A stretch of 64,000 bases of DNA from Octopus vulgaris (taxonomy: Eukaryota): contig OX597821.1 in NCBI GenBank assembly GCA_951406725.2, positions 54,684,001-54,748,000 of the forward strand, read 5' to 3'. Positions 1 through 14,304 of this stretch are shown one piece after another. The translations under genes and the position numbers were made by a program. How positions within the stretch are numbered: the stretch's first letter is position 1; the number at the start of each line of letters is the position of its first letter. The notes beneath the pieces were generated by a model. That model saw nothing but the letters and a program-made list of their open reading frames with translations, searched no databases and was not told where the DNA came from.

Positions 1-399
1 GAATAAGTACTAGGCTTACAAAGAATAAGTCCTGGGGTCAATAAAATGAAGTACAATTCATGTACTGGTGGGGTCAATGAAATTGACTAACCAACTCCTC
101 TTAAAATTGTTGGCCTTATGCAAAAATCTGAAAACATTATCATTATTATCATATAATTGTTCAATATTTGGTAGTTTGGGGCAAATTTCTACTGTATCAC
201 TCACTACCCCAACTTTTTCTTCTGCAGATTTTCACTCAAGGGAATCATCCCAGCACAAATATCAGTGGGAATACACTGTCCTTCCTTGAAGATTTCTCTC
301 CTAATTTTTCATTTCTCCTAACACCTGATTCCCTTCTGTCAATTCAGTTCTCTAACATTTCATACTGTTCCATATAAGGCATCTCACGTTTTCTGCTAC

Positions 400-1370
400 T
401 CCATACATATATATCCATAGTTCTTGTTATCCAAGAGCATGGTATCATATTGTATGCTTTATGATAATCAATCCATGCCATGCTTAGATTTGCGTGCCTT
501 CTCTTGCATTTTCTTGCTCAATAAGTATTTTTGTTCAATAAATAGCAGCCCTCTTTTTTCTAAGTATCAATACAATTCACCACCCGACACACCTAGTAGA
601 AAACATGTTACTGGTTGGATACACTGTTGCCTTTTTTCAATATCCTTGATATATAACAATGCCTCTCCTTTTGTCATCCAGGTAGTGAGCCTTCCTGCAA
701 TCACCTGTCCAGTTGTTCTGCTAGCCTTTCATGGAGCCCTCTCAATGTCTTCATCCAATGACCTTGGACACCATCTGGCCCTGAGCTCTTCCATACTGCA
801 GTTTTATTTATCTGTCTTTTTATCTTTTCTATATTTATTTTTATGTTGTTTTGAACTTGTGTATTTGTTAACCTACCTTGGATTTCAGTCAGCCACTCTG
901 TATTATCTTTACAGGTTGATCCCAAATTCTTCCCCAGAATGCCCTTTCATCTGCATCTGTTAGGTGTAATTGCCCATATAGTTCCTTAAACAGTTTTTTC
1001 CAGTTGACTTTAAGCAATATCCCCTGCCTGAATTGTTTTGTTCCATTGTCATATATTTCCCATTTTGCCATGATTGCTACTGCACTTTTATGTTCTATAT
1101 GTTCTTTCCAGTTTTATTCTTATGCTTTCATTTTGAAATTCCCTTCTTTCCAATCTGTTGACTTGTCCCAAGTGTCTTCTTAATTTTGCTTCTCACAAAT
1201 TAATCTACGCTAATATGGTTCTTTACATATTGTTTGTTCTCTTCTTTTGTATCTAACTCTTTCTGCGGTAACCCTAGCTACATCACTGATAATCTAGTTA
1301 ATTTCAGTAATATTTCCCATCTGAAATAGCCCAAGATTAGAATCTGTCTTTTTGGTTTGTGCTGCTGCTG
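400..1370 (-). mobile_element. Degenerate R4/Dong-like (R2-group) non-LTR retrotransposon fragment, pre-RT and RT N-terminal region
   Basis: Minus-strand ORFs 701-925 and 889-1071 encode WKSSGPDGVQGHWMKTLRGLHERLAEQL and FWGRIW, typical of the start of RT in this group; frameshifted; boundaries approximate. Confidence 0.7.
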
Positions 1371-1714
1371 CTACTGTTGTTGTTGATGCTGCTGTTGTTG
1401 TTATTAAAGCAGTAAGCCTGCAGAATTATTAGCATGCCTGGAAAGATGCTTTGTGGCATTTTGTCCATCTCTAAGTTCCAAGTTCAAATTCCACAAGGTT
1501 GATTTTACCATCTTTTTTGAGGATCAATAAAATAAGTACCAGTTGAGCACTGGGGTCGATTTAATCATCTTGTTCTCCCCACCAAAACTGCCAGCCTTAT
1601 ACCAAAATTTGAAACCATTATCATTATCATCATAATTATAATTATTCTTATTATTATAAAAATTCACCTCCATATAAAAGGTTACTGTGCAAAAATATAT
1701 GAAGTAGTGGGTAT

Positions 1715-1747
<33 letters not shown>

Positions 1748-2463
1748 ATATTTATGTGTGTGTGTGTGTGTTTAGAGAAAGAGAGAGAGAGAGAGAGAAG
1801 CATTTCAATACTTAATATTTTGAAGAACAGAGAAAATTTAGACTTGTGTTATTGATAAACAATTTTAGCAAATTTTGATAATTTTTTTATAATTTTCAAA
1901 ATAAAATTTTTAAAAAAACCGCATATTTTTTAATACTTTTGCATTTCTATTAATTTACTTTCTATTAATTTAATTTCAAGTTGAAAACTTTTCTTCTTTT
2001 TAGTATTCCATAACTTTTAATATCATTTCTAAACATATAAACATTTTCAAGAATTCATAAAATTGCTCCATATTGTTATAATTTTTCTTCTTTATCTTGT
2101 TCACCTCTTCCTTCTTAATGAATGGGAAAAAAATATCTTTTATTCTTGTTTTATTTTCAACAATATTCTGTTATTTTTGATGATATTCGCTATTGCATTT
2201 TGAGTAATGTATAACTTTGATATATTTTTTTTCATAAACATACTTAAAACTTCCTCATGTTTTAGTTTCTAGCAGCAGAAACCTGAATTTTATGTTTAAT
2301 CAGTGGTACATACATACATGTGTAAGTGTGTGTGTGTGTGTTTGTTATATATGTATTCCTATATATATATATGAAACAGTTTATATATATATATATATAC
2401 GCATACACACATACACACATAATGCATGCATTGCATATATGTATGCATATGTATATATGTGCA

Positions 2464-2560
<97 letters not shown>

Positions 2561-2569
2561 ATATATGTT

Positions 2570-3015
2570 TGTAGTGTACTGTTTCATTACAGGTGGCATC
2601 AACAGAAATAGTACTCCACCCCATGAGAGACAGAGCACTTCATTAGAAAGGGAATTAATGATGGTTGGCAGGCTTACTTTGATGAGGAAAGGTAAAAGTT
2701 TGTGAGACTGTATGCCTTGCATGCTTAATTCTAAGCGACAGGTGTTCTCCAGTTCAATAATAGAAAATTATCTAGAAGCCTGCATTTGGTGAAAATCCCA
2801 GATCTAGAAATCAGTAGGTCTATGGAGATCTTAGACTTTGTGAGCTTATCTGGATTAGTTTCTCTCCTCTCTTGTGTTGCTGTTTGTTTTTCTCGTTCTC
2901 TATTCTCTATTTCCCTTTCAGCATACTTATAAAATGTCTTGGCATCTGTGTTAGCATATTGTAATAAAGTGTTCCCTTGAAGAACTGTTGTGGATCAGCA
3001 TTCATATGCACTATG
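2570..3015 (+). mobile_element. Possible solo LTR
   Basis: Starts TGTAGTGTA and ends TGCACTATG (degenerate inverted termini), with AATAAA about 50 bp before the end; no partner LTR in the window. Confidence 0.25.
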
Positions 3016-3280
3016 AAAATCCATTTCAGAGAAGACAAATAACCACAAAGATGGAACATTTGTAGGGAACAAATAGTATAAATAGCATCTTGAGTTTATT
3101 ATATTTTTTCCCTTTATCAATTGTTCTTTATACATATCAATAATACTACTATGTGCAATTGTAACCACACCACATTACAGGAAGTAGAATGGATGAGGAT
3201 ACTCAATGAGTAGTTCTAAATTCACTAGTAGCAGTTGTACATCCAGCAGTACATACAAAAAATAAAAATAATAATAATAC

Positions 3281-3730
3281 AGCAAATATTCTGCTCAGTA
3301 CAACAGATTTGCTTAGTTGCTTGGCCTTAACTAGTTGAGCGTGTCTCTTAGTGGCTGATGATACATGCATCTTTGATCATGTGCAGAAGCAGTAGGGGAG
3401 CATCATAGCTATGTACTGAGAGGAATTCTTTGGGGGTTTGCATAATTCATCTCTGGAAACATGGGTGTTTTGTTCAACATCCTTGAAGAAACCTTATTCA
3501 GGGACCTTTTGAATGAGATGGGCTACTCAACCTGAAGAAAAATTTAACTGGACCCCACCTGCAAGGTAATGCACTGTTTAACTTGATATAAGACCACCAT
3601 GTTGTGAACATATGGTTGTGATGCATGCGCCTGGTGTACCCTTATCAGATGGGTAGTCATGATGGGTACACTGGACTTTATATATTTGTATCCCAGTGTC
3701 ACTTTGGTGGCATGCACTGCTCTCTCACTC
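3281..3730 (-). mobile_element. About 450-bp interspersed repeat (SINE-like or non-autonomous retroelement) abutting (AAT)n; copies at about 9330-9648 and 42587-43021
   Basis: Three recognisably similar copies (ggtgtacccttatcagatgggtagtcatgatggg...catgcactgctctctcactc), each followed by aataataat on the + strand; strand assignment inferred. Confidence 0.75.
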
Positions 3731-3744
3731 AATAATAATAGTAA

Positions 3745-4255
3745 TCTCTGGATGTAAGGTTTTAGCACCAATAGAGTATAAGTCAAGACATGACAGAGTT
3801 GGCCAATATCTACATTGGATAATATGTCGGCATTAGAAAATCAAAGATGATAAATGGTACAAGCACCACCCTGAGTGAGAAAATGTAATGATTCTATGGG
3901 ACTTCCCAGTACATACAGATGAGACCATCAAAGCTAATAAACCAGATATTGTTGTAAAAGACTAAAACAGTAAAATCTGTTTATTGATTGACATGAGCAC
4001 ACCTTGTAATCATAATATCTCAGCAAAAGAATTTGATAAGCTTAGAAAATATATAGATCTGCTGATCCAAATCGAAAAGATGTGGCATCTTAAAACAGTT
4101 ACAATACCAGTGATTATAGGAGCACTTGAAATAATCAAGAAAGGGAACTGAAAATTATTTAAGGATGATTCCTGGCTTTTACCATTCATTCAGGAAGTGC
4201 AAAAGATTGCCTTAGCTGGTACATCATAGATATTAAGAAGAGCATTGTCACTGTA
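3745..4255 (+). mobile_element. R4/Dong-like retrotransposon 3' fragment (REL endonuclease domain)
   Basis: Translates LWDFPVHTDETIKANKPDIVVKD*..CLLIDMSTP..KEFDKLRKY..IEKMWHLKTVTIPVIIGAL, a PD-(D/E)xK REL motif; contains stops. Confidence 0.8.
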
Positions 4256-5428
4256 AACTTTCTTTCCTTTTTCCCTTTTATTTTCTTTGTTTTCTTCTTT
4301 TCATTATTTCTTTCTTTTTTCCTTCTTTTCTTTTTCTCTCTGTCTTTCTTCCTCTTTTTTTATCTGTCACATGACTTTGTAAGTGAACAATCTGATGTGT
4401 TTATTTTAATGGCCTACCAATGTATACAGTGAATTTCTTTGCCCTAGGTGTTTGGAAGACACATAGCAAGAAATGGAAACAAAGAAGAAGAAGATGATGA
4501 TAGACAGATGGATGGATGGATAGATAGACAAACAAATAGCTAGAGAGAGAGAGAGAGAGAGGGGGGGAGAGAGAGAGAGAAATGTGTATTTGTGTTTAGA
4601 TGTGTGTAAACGTGTTTAATAGGAGTAACATTGTATTTATATTAACTGAACTCATATACAATTGCGTAACGACTGCTAACTAAGTGGTGCTATTTGCTAA
4701 CCTCTAAACCACTAACCTCTGTCAGCAAGATTGAGAGAATGTATAAATTTATTTTAAACATGAAATAATATTTCCTTATTTGCCCAATTGAACATATACA
4801 TGCTGGTATTGATTATGATGATGATCTCGGTAGTGTTGTTGTTGTTGGTGGTGGTGGTGGTGGTGGTGTGGATGATGATTGTGTCAGCAATGGTGGGGCT
4901 GTAGGTGTTCTTGTTGTTGCTGTTGTTTTGTTCAATATTCAGAGACCTTTTGAATGAGATCGGCTACTCTCTATTGTCGTTCATGTTTTCTAGCCTCAAG
5001 TCAGCCCTGGAACCAACAGGAAAATGTTCAATATTTCCAGATGTGACACTTCCACCTTTTATTTTAATGCAAAGTGTATACATGTCAGAGCAGACTGAAT
5101 AATAGCAGATTTGTCTTGTAAGATGCTGATATTTATTCTAGAATAAACCTGCAATGTCATCCATGTAACCATACAGGGATGACAAGGCCAACAGAACAAA
5201 CATTAGGAATATTAACAACATGGTTTTTCAATATCCTTCACACATTAATAAATTCAGTGATTCTCTGTGGTGTGTAGTTTAACATGCATAACTTCATTAT
5301 CATGAAGGCATAACATGTTAATCCTTTTGGACAGACACACATTGTCAAAACAAGAGGGATTTTAATATTAAATCAGAGAAGTAATAATACTCCAGAGATT
5401 GTTTTGGCAACGAAGAATTCAGAAAACT

Positions 5429-5511
<83 letters not shown>

Positions 5512-5903
5512 TCTCTCTCTCAATCAGTGGCTTTTCATTTCTCTCTCTCTTTCTCTGTCTGTCTGTCTCTGTCTCTCTTTCTCTCTCTCTCTCTTTATCT
5601 TGTTATTATCTTCCTCTTTGATCTCATGATTAATATCCTACTGAATTACATTGGCACTTTTCATTAGATTTCTGCAAAGAGATAAGACACTGAAAGAAAA
5701 AAATCATTTTCTGATTGTTCTCAGGAATGTCTTGGAATTGAACACTAAAATTATGACTACCGACTTGTCAAAACTGTTGTTTGAATAAATTCTCCGTTCA
5801 GTCACATGAACGTTAACACTGCATAAATCATTATATTCAATGTTTATTTCACCTGGTGTTAGATGCAGTTCTTTTCAAGATAATGGCACAAAATGATTTT
5901 CAG

Positions 5904-5954
5904 ATCTGGACATTGAAAGAATGCTTGGATTCAAGCCAAAATATTTAGCAACTT
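5904..5954 (+). CDS. Candidate 51-bp symmetric (phase 1-1) host exon, peptide (D)LDIERMLGFKPKYLAT
   Basis: ttttcag acceptor, GTAAGT donor, length divisible by 3, only one of three frames open, non-repetitive flanks. Confidence 0.4.
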
Positions 5955-6399
5955 GTAAGTATTGTGCCTCTCATTTGCTGCAAAAATTCACTGTTTTTCC
6001 TGTTATTCTACATTGTTAAGTTGATTATTACTCTGAAGCAGCAGATATATAAAAAAAAAAATTAATTAAAAAAGTATTGGAATATCATAGAAAGCCAAAT
6101 TTCACACATATTGCTGGTACATCTTTTTTATTCTCCTCCTACCTTTCAACAAATGATAAGTTGAGTGCAATTAACCTCTTTATTTTTACTCTCTTTTCAT
6201 CACACTCCTGCTTCTTTGCTCCTCACTCAACATTTGTTCTTATTTCTGTTAGAAACAGAGAAGATAATTTCACGAAACACAGATAAATATTTTTTTGCAT
6301 ACTTCAAAAGATAAAAGTGAAGTCAACAGCACTTAACACCATCATTTTTAGATTTTTTTCATCTTACTCTTCTTTATTATTACCATTATTATTATTATT

Positions 6400-7272
6400 A
6401 ATCCAGTAAGCTAGCAGAATCGTCAACATGCAGGATGAAATACTTAGTGGCATTTATTCCAGCTCTTTAGGTTCTGAGTTCAAATTCCACTGAGTTTGAC
6501 TTTGCCTTTCATCCTTTCGAAGGTCAAAACAATAGGTACCAGGGGTCAATGTAATCATCTTCTTCCTCTCCTCAAAATTGCTGGTCTTGTTTCAAATTTA
6601 GTAAGAATTATTATTAAGGTGATGAGTGTATAGAATCATTAACACACCAGACAAAATTTTTTGTGGCATTTTGTTTGTCTTTACATCTTGAGTTCAAATT
6701 CCACTGGAGTCAATTCTATCGTTTATTCTTTTGGGATCAGTAAAATAAGCAACATTTAAGAATTGGAGTTGATGCTATCAACTAGCCCCACCCCTCTCAA
6801 AAATTTCAGACTTTGGGCCTATAGTAGAAAGAACTATTATAATTATAATTCAAATATGAAATAGAAGCAACATAAGTGTAATAAACATTATGGACCATGT
6901 ATTTGTAATGGATATGCTTTGTGTATTTGCTGGTAGGCTGTGATTTGGCATGGTGGAGGATATTCTCTCAAAGTGCTGGGTGTTAAAGCATCTGAAAGTC
7001 ATGGTGAGATAACTTGCCTCTAATCCCATGATGCAGATAAGCTACAAAACCAGTGAAACATCAATGTCCAGCACCCTTAGATTGGATTAGAGGCGAGTTA
7101 TCTCACATGTCCATAACTTTTAGGTGTGCTAACACCCAGCATTTTCAGAGAGTATTCTCCACCATCCCAGATCACAGCCTGCTGGCAAATACACAAAGCA
7201 TATATGTTAAGTGTATGCAGTCGATAGTATTTATTATAAGTATAACTATTTATTATAATCATTATTATTATA

Positions 7273-7303
<31 letters not shown>

Positions 7304-7937
7304 GGGTGGTGAGCTAACAAAATCGTTAACACATTGGATGAAATGCTTAGCAGTACTTCATCAGTTGCTACATTTTGAGTTCAAATTCTGCTGAGGCTGA
7401 CTTTGCCTTTCATCCATTCGGGGTCGATAAATTAAGTACCAGTGAAACACTGGGGTCGATGTAATTGACTAGTCCCTTCCCTCAGAATTTCAGGCCTTGT
7501 GCCTATAGTAGAAATGACTATTATTATTTTGTCTGCCGCTATGTTCTGAGTTCAAATTCTACCGAGGTCGATTTTGCTTTTCATCCTTTCGGGGTCAATA
7601 AAATAAGTACCAGTTGTATACTGAGGTCGAGCTAATCAACTGGGTCCCTTCTTGCAAAATTTCGGGCCTTGTGCTTATAGTAGAAAGGATTATTATTATT
7701 ATTATTATTAAGGCATTGAGCAGGCAGAATCATTAGCACATCGTGCAAAATGCTTAGCGGCATTTCATCTGTCTACATGTTCTGAGTTCAAATTCCACTG
7801 TGGTCAACTTTACCTTTCATTCTTTCGGGGGTCAATAAAATAAGTAGCAGTTAAGACACTAGGGTGGATGTAATCAATTTACTCCCTCCTGCTGATATTG
7901 CTGGCCTTTTGCCTATATTAAAAAGGATTATTATTAT

Positions 7938-8012
<75 letters not shown>

Positions 8013-8240
8013 TACCACTAAGATGGTAGAGTGCTTGAATCATTAATTTCTCAGACAAAATGCCCAGTAGCATTTGCTCCAGCCCTTTGCATTCTGAGTT
8101 CAAACCCTGCCATGGTCAACTTTACTTATCATTGCTCTCAGGTCAAGAAAACAAAATACTAATCTAGTATAGGGTTTGATAATTTCAACTAACTTTTTCC
8201 CCTCAAATTATTGGTTTTTGTGCCTAAATTAGAAACAATT
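6400..8240 (+). mobile_element. Head-to-tail clusters of Nin/Deu-domain-type SINEs separated by (ATT)n or (ACT)n (about 6405-6610, 6615-6835, 7305-7520, 7530-7690, 7710-7925, 8020-8240)
   Basis: Repeated ggcagaatcgttagca...gttctgagttcaaattcc (B-box-like)...gcctttcatcctttcggggtcgataaattaagtacc; further copies at about 1410-1620, 10900-11095, 25185-25402(-) and 41930-42370(-). Confidence 0.85.
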
Positions 8241-8719
8241 AGTGCTGTTATTTTTATGAAAAGAAATGAAAATACTCATGATTGTTACTGATAATAATCG
8301 AACCAGTGATGTTCATAGGGATATTGGTCAATATAGGCAGTACTGATGAAAATTGTAGATTTTTTTTTTTACCACTTATCCCTTAATGCATGCACTTTAA
8401 TGCAACTATTGTCTGCTCAATCAAAACATATTTATTATAAAATATTGATAGTGATAGACAAGAATGCAAAGGTTTAATGTATAGTGTTTTTATAGTTTTT
8501 TTCCCTTTCTTTTTGAAGTAACTTTATTTGAATTTGTTTGAACTTTACCAATATAGATAATGGCTTCAACTTGGTTCCATAAAGATTGTTTACATCTTAA
8601 TATAAAAGTGAAAAATAATAGATAACATCTCATAAAGTACAGCTTCCAAAGATATTGGCTCTTGGGACTCCACCTGCAATACTACCCAGCATAGCCACAG
8701 TTTAATTATTAAAACAAAT

Positions 8720-9090
8720 AAAGAATTTAAAGAAAGATATACTGAAGCAAAAAGACCAGATACAACTATAGAAGACAAGATAAACAAACTGTAAGATCAT
8801 ATAAGACCCTATGATAGCAGTGGCCATACCAAAAAATTGAAAAAATTCAGAAATATCAGGATCTAGCCTGAGAGATGAAGAGACTGTGGAAGTCTAAGAC
8901 AACAATTATTCCAGTGGTAATTGAAGAACTTGGCACAAAACCCAAAATTCTACAAAAAAGATTGAAAAATATTGGAATTGAGACTTGCATTATTGACCTG
9001 CATAAAGTACCATTCTATATTCTGCAAGGAAGATTCTTGAGATTTAAGGAGACTTGTTGTCACCAAATTTCAAGATAAAATTCCTGCTAA
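8720..9090 (+). mobile_element. R4/Dong-like REL-domain 3' fragment ending in a long (AAT)n tract (9110-9310)
   Basis: ORF 8875-9078 LWKSKTTIIPVVIEELG, upstream RPD motif, 3' end runs into TAA repeats. Confidence 0.7.
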
Positions 9091-9254
9091 TGAAATTATG
9101 ATGTACTTGCATAATAAGGATGATAATAATAATAATAATGATGATCATATTAATAATAATAGTAATGATAATAATAATAATAAAAATAATGATAAAAATA
9201 ACAATAATAAAAATAATGATGACGATGATAATAATAATAAAAATAATAATGATG

Positions 9255-9311
<57 letters not shown>

Positions 9312-9673
9312 GTGGGAAGTAATATAACCATATGCTGAGAGGAATTCTTTGGTGTTTGAATAATTCACTTCTGGAAACATGGGTGTTTTGCTCAGCATCC
9401 TTAAATAACCTTTACTCAAGGGCCATTTGAGTGAGATAGGTTAACTTGTCCTGAAGAAAATTGTAACTGGGCCTCACCTGTAAGGTCATGTGCTGCTTAT
9501 CTTGATATGAGACCACACTGTCGTGTGCATATGGTTGTGATGCATGTGCCTGGTGTACCCTTATCAGATGGGTAGTCATGATGGGTATACTGGGCTTCAT
9601 ATATTTTACCCCAATGTCACTTTGATGGCATGCACCGCTCTGTCACTCAATAATAATAATAATAATAATAATG

Positions 9674-9727
<54 letters not shown>

Positions 9728-10411
9728 TACAGTCAGTTTGAAAGAGATGTGAACACCAAGACAAATACAGAGGATTGGTGGCTTTGAGTGAGGAGGAGTG
9801 ACCTGAAGATAGAGACATACCCTACTTCACTCAAACAACTGCTTCCTCTGATCAAAATCAAACTAGCACTGACTCTATAATAATTATAATTCTACCAGTT
9901 ATTCTTTATGTTTTTAATTCTAACTCCTTGATTAAAGGTACAGTACCCCAGTGTATTGTATAAACAGTTACCTCTACTAAAGCATATATTACCTTTACTA
10001 TTAATTGTTTCAAATCTCTATGCAACAAACACATCTTCTTTTTCAGGAACCTTCTAGATGTCATACATCTCTTTCAACCTATATCTGGGAATTTAAGAAT
10101 AAGAATAGAAACCTGACTTATGCTAGAAAATATATAACAGAAAATCTTAAATATATGTAATAATGATGATATCTTTGAAATTTTCTTCAAGGATACCGTA
10201 TTCATTGTAATTTCTTACAACTATTTCAACAGTTACAAATACTTCCAACCTATCTCTTAATGCTGACATATGTTCATAATGATAGGTGAACCCCTCAAAT
10301 ATAATTGCAGATATTTTTAAGTATTTGAACATGCTCACAGTCATTTAACTACTGCTAACTACCTAAATTTCATCACCAAATACCTTACTAAATTAATATT
10401 TCCCAATGCAT

Positions 10412-10575
10412 AGGCGCAGGAGTGGCTGTGTAGTAAGTAGCTTGCTAACCAACCACATGGTTTCTGGGTTCAGTCCCACTGCGTGGCATCTTGGGCAAGT
10501 GTCTTCTGCTATAGCTCCGGGCCGACCAATGCCTTGTGAGTGGATTTGGTAGACAGAAACTGAAAGAAGCCTGTC

Positions 10576-10639
<64 letters not shown>

Positions 10640-10857
10640 TTATGTGTCTGTGTTTGTCCTCCTAGCATTGCTTGACAACCGATGCTGGTGTGTTTACATC
10701 CCCCGTCACTTAGCGGTTCGGCAAAAGAGACCGATAGAATAAGTACTGGGCTTACAAAGAATAAGTCCCGGGGTCGATTTGCTCGACTAAAGGTGGTGCT
10801 CCAGCATGGCCGCAGTCAAATGACTGAAATAAGTAAAAGAGTAAAAGAGTAAAGAGT
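10412..10857 (+). mobile_element. Complete tRNA-derived SINE with internal (TA)n(TG)n and a LINE-like 3' tail; most abundant family in the window
   Basis: A-box TGGCTGTGTAG, B-box GGTTCAGTCC, CORE-like cttgggcaagtgtctt, tail ggtggtgctccagcatggccgcagtcaaatgactgaaa plus (gtaaaaga)n; copies at 15240-15705(-), 21465-21630, 35050-35365, 35682-36075, 36759-37120, 37190-37405, 39898-40350, 45300-45520 and 49960-50315. Confidence 0.9.
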
Positions 10858-13559
10858 ATTGATTATATCAATATCGATATTAATATATTGATTTTGTACA
10901 GTGGCAAGTTGGCAGGATCATTAACATGTTAGGCCAAATGCTAAGCTGCATTACATCCGTCTTTACGTTCTGAGTCGACTTTGCTTTTCATCCTTTTGGG
11001 GTGGATAAAGTAAGTACCAGTTGAGCACTGGAGTCGATGTAATAAACTTTCCCCTCCCCCAAAAATGCTGGCCTTGTGCGAAAATTTGAAACCAATATAT
11101 TAAATTTGATTAATGTAGTACATTTTAAAAACATATTTTTCACTAGCTACATATGCGGCCTGGTGCTAAGAGTGTTGCTTTTAGAATCACAGTTTTGATT
11201 CCTGGTCCAGGTCCAGGTCTGCCCAGTGTCCAGGAGCAACAAGAAAAAAAAATCACTTCTTTTCATGTTGCTCCAGTTCACTCAGCAGTAAATGAGTTCC
11301 AGCAATAATTGAGAAGTTAAACTTGTGCTGGATTGACCAGCATTCTGTTCAGCTGGAGGTGGGGTGATTGTTGGAATCTCAGTCACTTATATTCCATGGA
11401 AACGAGGTAAAGCTCCAGCTTTATGAATCCCAGGGCTAATGACAGACCTTCGTCTTAGTCATACACTTAATAACCTACAGACATCTCTAAGCTATCTCTT
11501 ACCTATTTTGCGAAACCTAAATAAACAGTTTGTTATAGATATGATTAACAAACAAAGCTAAGCATACTAAATTACTTTCCACCCTCACTTCTACTAATAT
11601 AATTACTGTCAGTTCTCTGAAATAATTACTGTCTATTCTCTACAACTTGTATTAAGTTTGTATGCTCCACTCCTTTCATTATGTATGGTTTGCAGGTTCT
11701 TATGTCAAAATATTAGTTTTTCCTTCAGGCTATTGTAATAACTGTTTCCTTAATGAAAAACTTACCTGCTTTCTTCAGATAATATCTTTCTCCCTTTCAA
11801 AAGCAACTTTTATCAGACATTTCCAATATTAATCTATTTACTTATTTACACATTTGTAAACTTCATCACTCATCCCGGCAGAAATTGCCAAGAATTCTGA
11901 TAATAGATTCTTAATTATCACCTCTCATCTATTAAAATTTACATCAACAAAAAAATATATATTTGTTAAACCTATTGTGTAATCTCAAGGATCTGGGTTC
12001 AATTCTTAGTATTTTTCCCTAATATTATTTCAGGTGTTAAGTTCAAAGGATATTTTCTCAATATTCTTTTCAACTTTTAAGTATTTTTTAAAATATTCTT
12101 TAATTTCCATATCAATATGACACCACCCCCATTTATCTTCATGCTCCAAATGGACACATTCTTTTTGTCTAATTTAAATCTCCTATCAAATTTTTTTCCA
12201 ATAACATCTTCTGTATCACATCTTTTTTCCTCTTTCTTTCTGTCTTCTTTCCTTCCTTTCTGTCTTCCTTCCTATCTGTTTTACTTCCCTTCTGTCTTCT
12301 TTCCTTTCTGCATTTTCCCTATTCCCATATATCCTCTTTCTTCTTTTACTTTCTTTTTTCTATCTCTCATTCTTCTTCCAGTACCTTCTTCCATCTCCAC
12401 TGTTTTGCTACCTTTTTAGATACAATTTCTTTGATTTATAAAAGTTTTATTCCTAATAGTATGAAATGTACTCTTTAAGATTTCAGTTTACTGTGAAGCA
12501 ATGACAGCCAAAGCTTGGTCATGTTGCTAGGAAAACCAGATATATGTATGTATGAGAAAGAGATAGTGAGTGTAACTATTTAAAAAAAAATTTATTGTAC
12601 ACTTCCAGGAAAAAATACCTTGATTTCAGATAAACTCAAATATGTATATATACAGAGACATGTATGTACATAAACACACACACACAGATACACCTGCACA
12701 TACAAGCAAATGTATACACACACACACAGATACACCTGCACATACAAGCAAATGTATACACACACACACACACATTGATGTAGTATAAAATGACTTCTAT
12801 ACTATATAATGTTTTCCATTGTGATTGTGAATAAATATAAAAGCTAAACAAACACACATTCTTGCAGACAGTCTAGTTATTTGTTTACACTTTTGGGCTT
12901 GATAAAACCTTATCAGTAACTGAATTCACACAAGCAAGCTTTGCTTGATATATTGCAGCTATTTTTTATACATTTTAACAATTCCCTGATCTTCAATCTT
13001 TCACCATTTGTACACACATCCATTCATCAAATCTACACCATAACAATGCAAAGAGATAAAACAGCAGCAAAAAAATATCAACACACACGATAATGAAGCC
13101 CTTAAATTCCAAAGACATAGCTGAAAATATTGAATCTGTGGAAAACCTTACACAAATAATCCAACAGCTGTCTCCTCTTTATAGAAGTTTGCTCCACTAG
13201 AAAAAAACAAATCATTTCAACTACAGGTTAGCATCATAAACAAAATGGAGATACTGAATAATACAGTTTCAAATACAGTCTGTAAAGACGACTGGTCATG
13301 GTCAGATTACTGAATCATAGATTTACCCATTAGAGGTGACCCTGGCCTCAATGAAATCAGATGTTATTTCATTTTAATCATCCTATGAAATATGATGTTT
13401 GTTTCTCAAGGATATTTTATGTCTCCATGCATCTTCATGATATTTTATAATTCTGCAAATATTTTATCAATCACTTCTGATGATGAATATGAAGTGGTAT
13501 AAAAATGCTCTTAGATAAGTTATGTTTAATAGAAAATGACTTATTTACTTAAGTTTTAA

Positions 13560-13776
13560 CCCTTTCGTTACCAACCCGGCTGAAACCAGCTCTGGCTCTG
13601 AATACAAACGTCTTGTTATAAAGTTTGAATTAAAATCTTCCAACAAACTGTAGTCACAATTTATGTTTCTAACACTAGCTGAATGATAACAAAATTATTT
13701 TACTAAATTCTTTGTTATATTTAAAGTAATTGAAAGAAACACAGAGCTTCTCAAAATAAATACAGTAACAAAAGGG
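13560..13776. mobile_element. piggyBac-type MITE with TTAA target-site duplication
   Basis: TTAA|CCCTTTCGTTAC...GTAACAAAAGGG|TTAA; second copy in opposite orientation at 34527-34747. Confidence 0.85.
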
Positions 13777-14304
13777 TTAACATCATCATCTTCAAAATAG
13801 TTACCTTGCACAGTAATACACCAGTCACTGCATTCCTGCCACTTTTGGAAACTGGCCTGGGAGTAATTTTTTGTAAGTGCGTCGAAGACCTTCTGTCATT
13901 CACTCTTGATCTCAACAATGGTGTTAAAATGGCAACCTTTGAGCAGCATTTTTATTGTAGGGAAAATATAGAAGTCTGCAGGTGCTAAATCTGGTGAATA
14001 GGGTGATTGTAGAAGTGAAACCATGTTGTTTTTGATGAGAAACTCATGAGTGTGGAGAACTCAGTGACAGACAGCATTGTCATCATGAAGTAGCCAATTC
14101 TTCGTACTCCACAGATCTGGTTGCTTTTGCTGAATATCCTTCCCCCAAGTGCTTTAAAGCATCATTGATTGTCCTCTAATGATCCTCATGCACAAGCTGA
14201 TGAGTTTTCTTCACATTTTGGTGGCTGGCGCTTGTGACAGGTCTTCCAGATTACTCATTGTCTTCCACTTTTGAAGCATCCATGCGACTTGAAACATTGC
14301 ATAC

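Noticed and set aside
2262-2722. Many ORFs of the IYIYIY, HTHTHT, SLSLSL or poly-N/I type here and throughout the window
   Set aside because: Translations of (TA)n, (CA)n, (CT)n and (AAT)n microsatellites
11761-11895. Minus-strand exon with a strong CAG|GTAAGT donor
   Set aside because: All three frames contain stops upstream of the donor; it could only be non-coding and there is no other support
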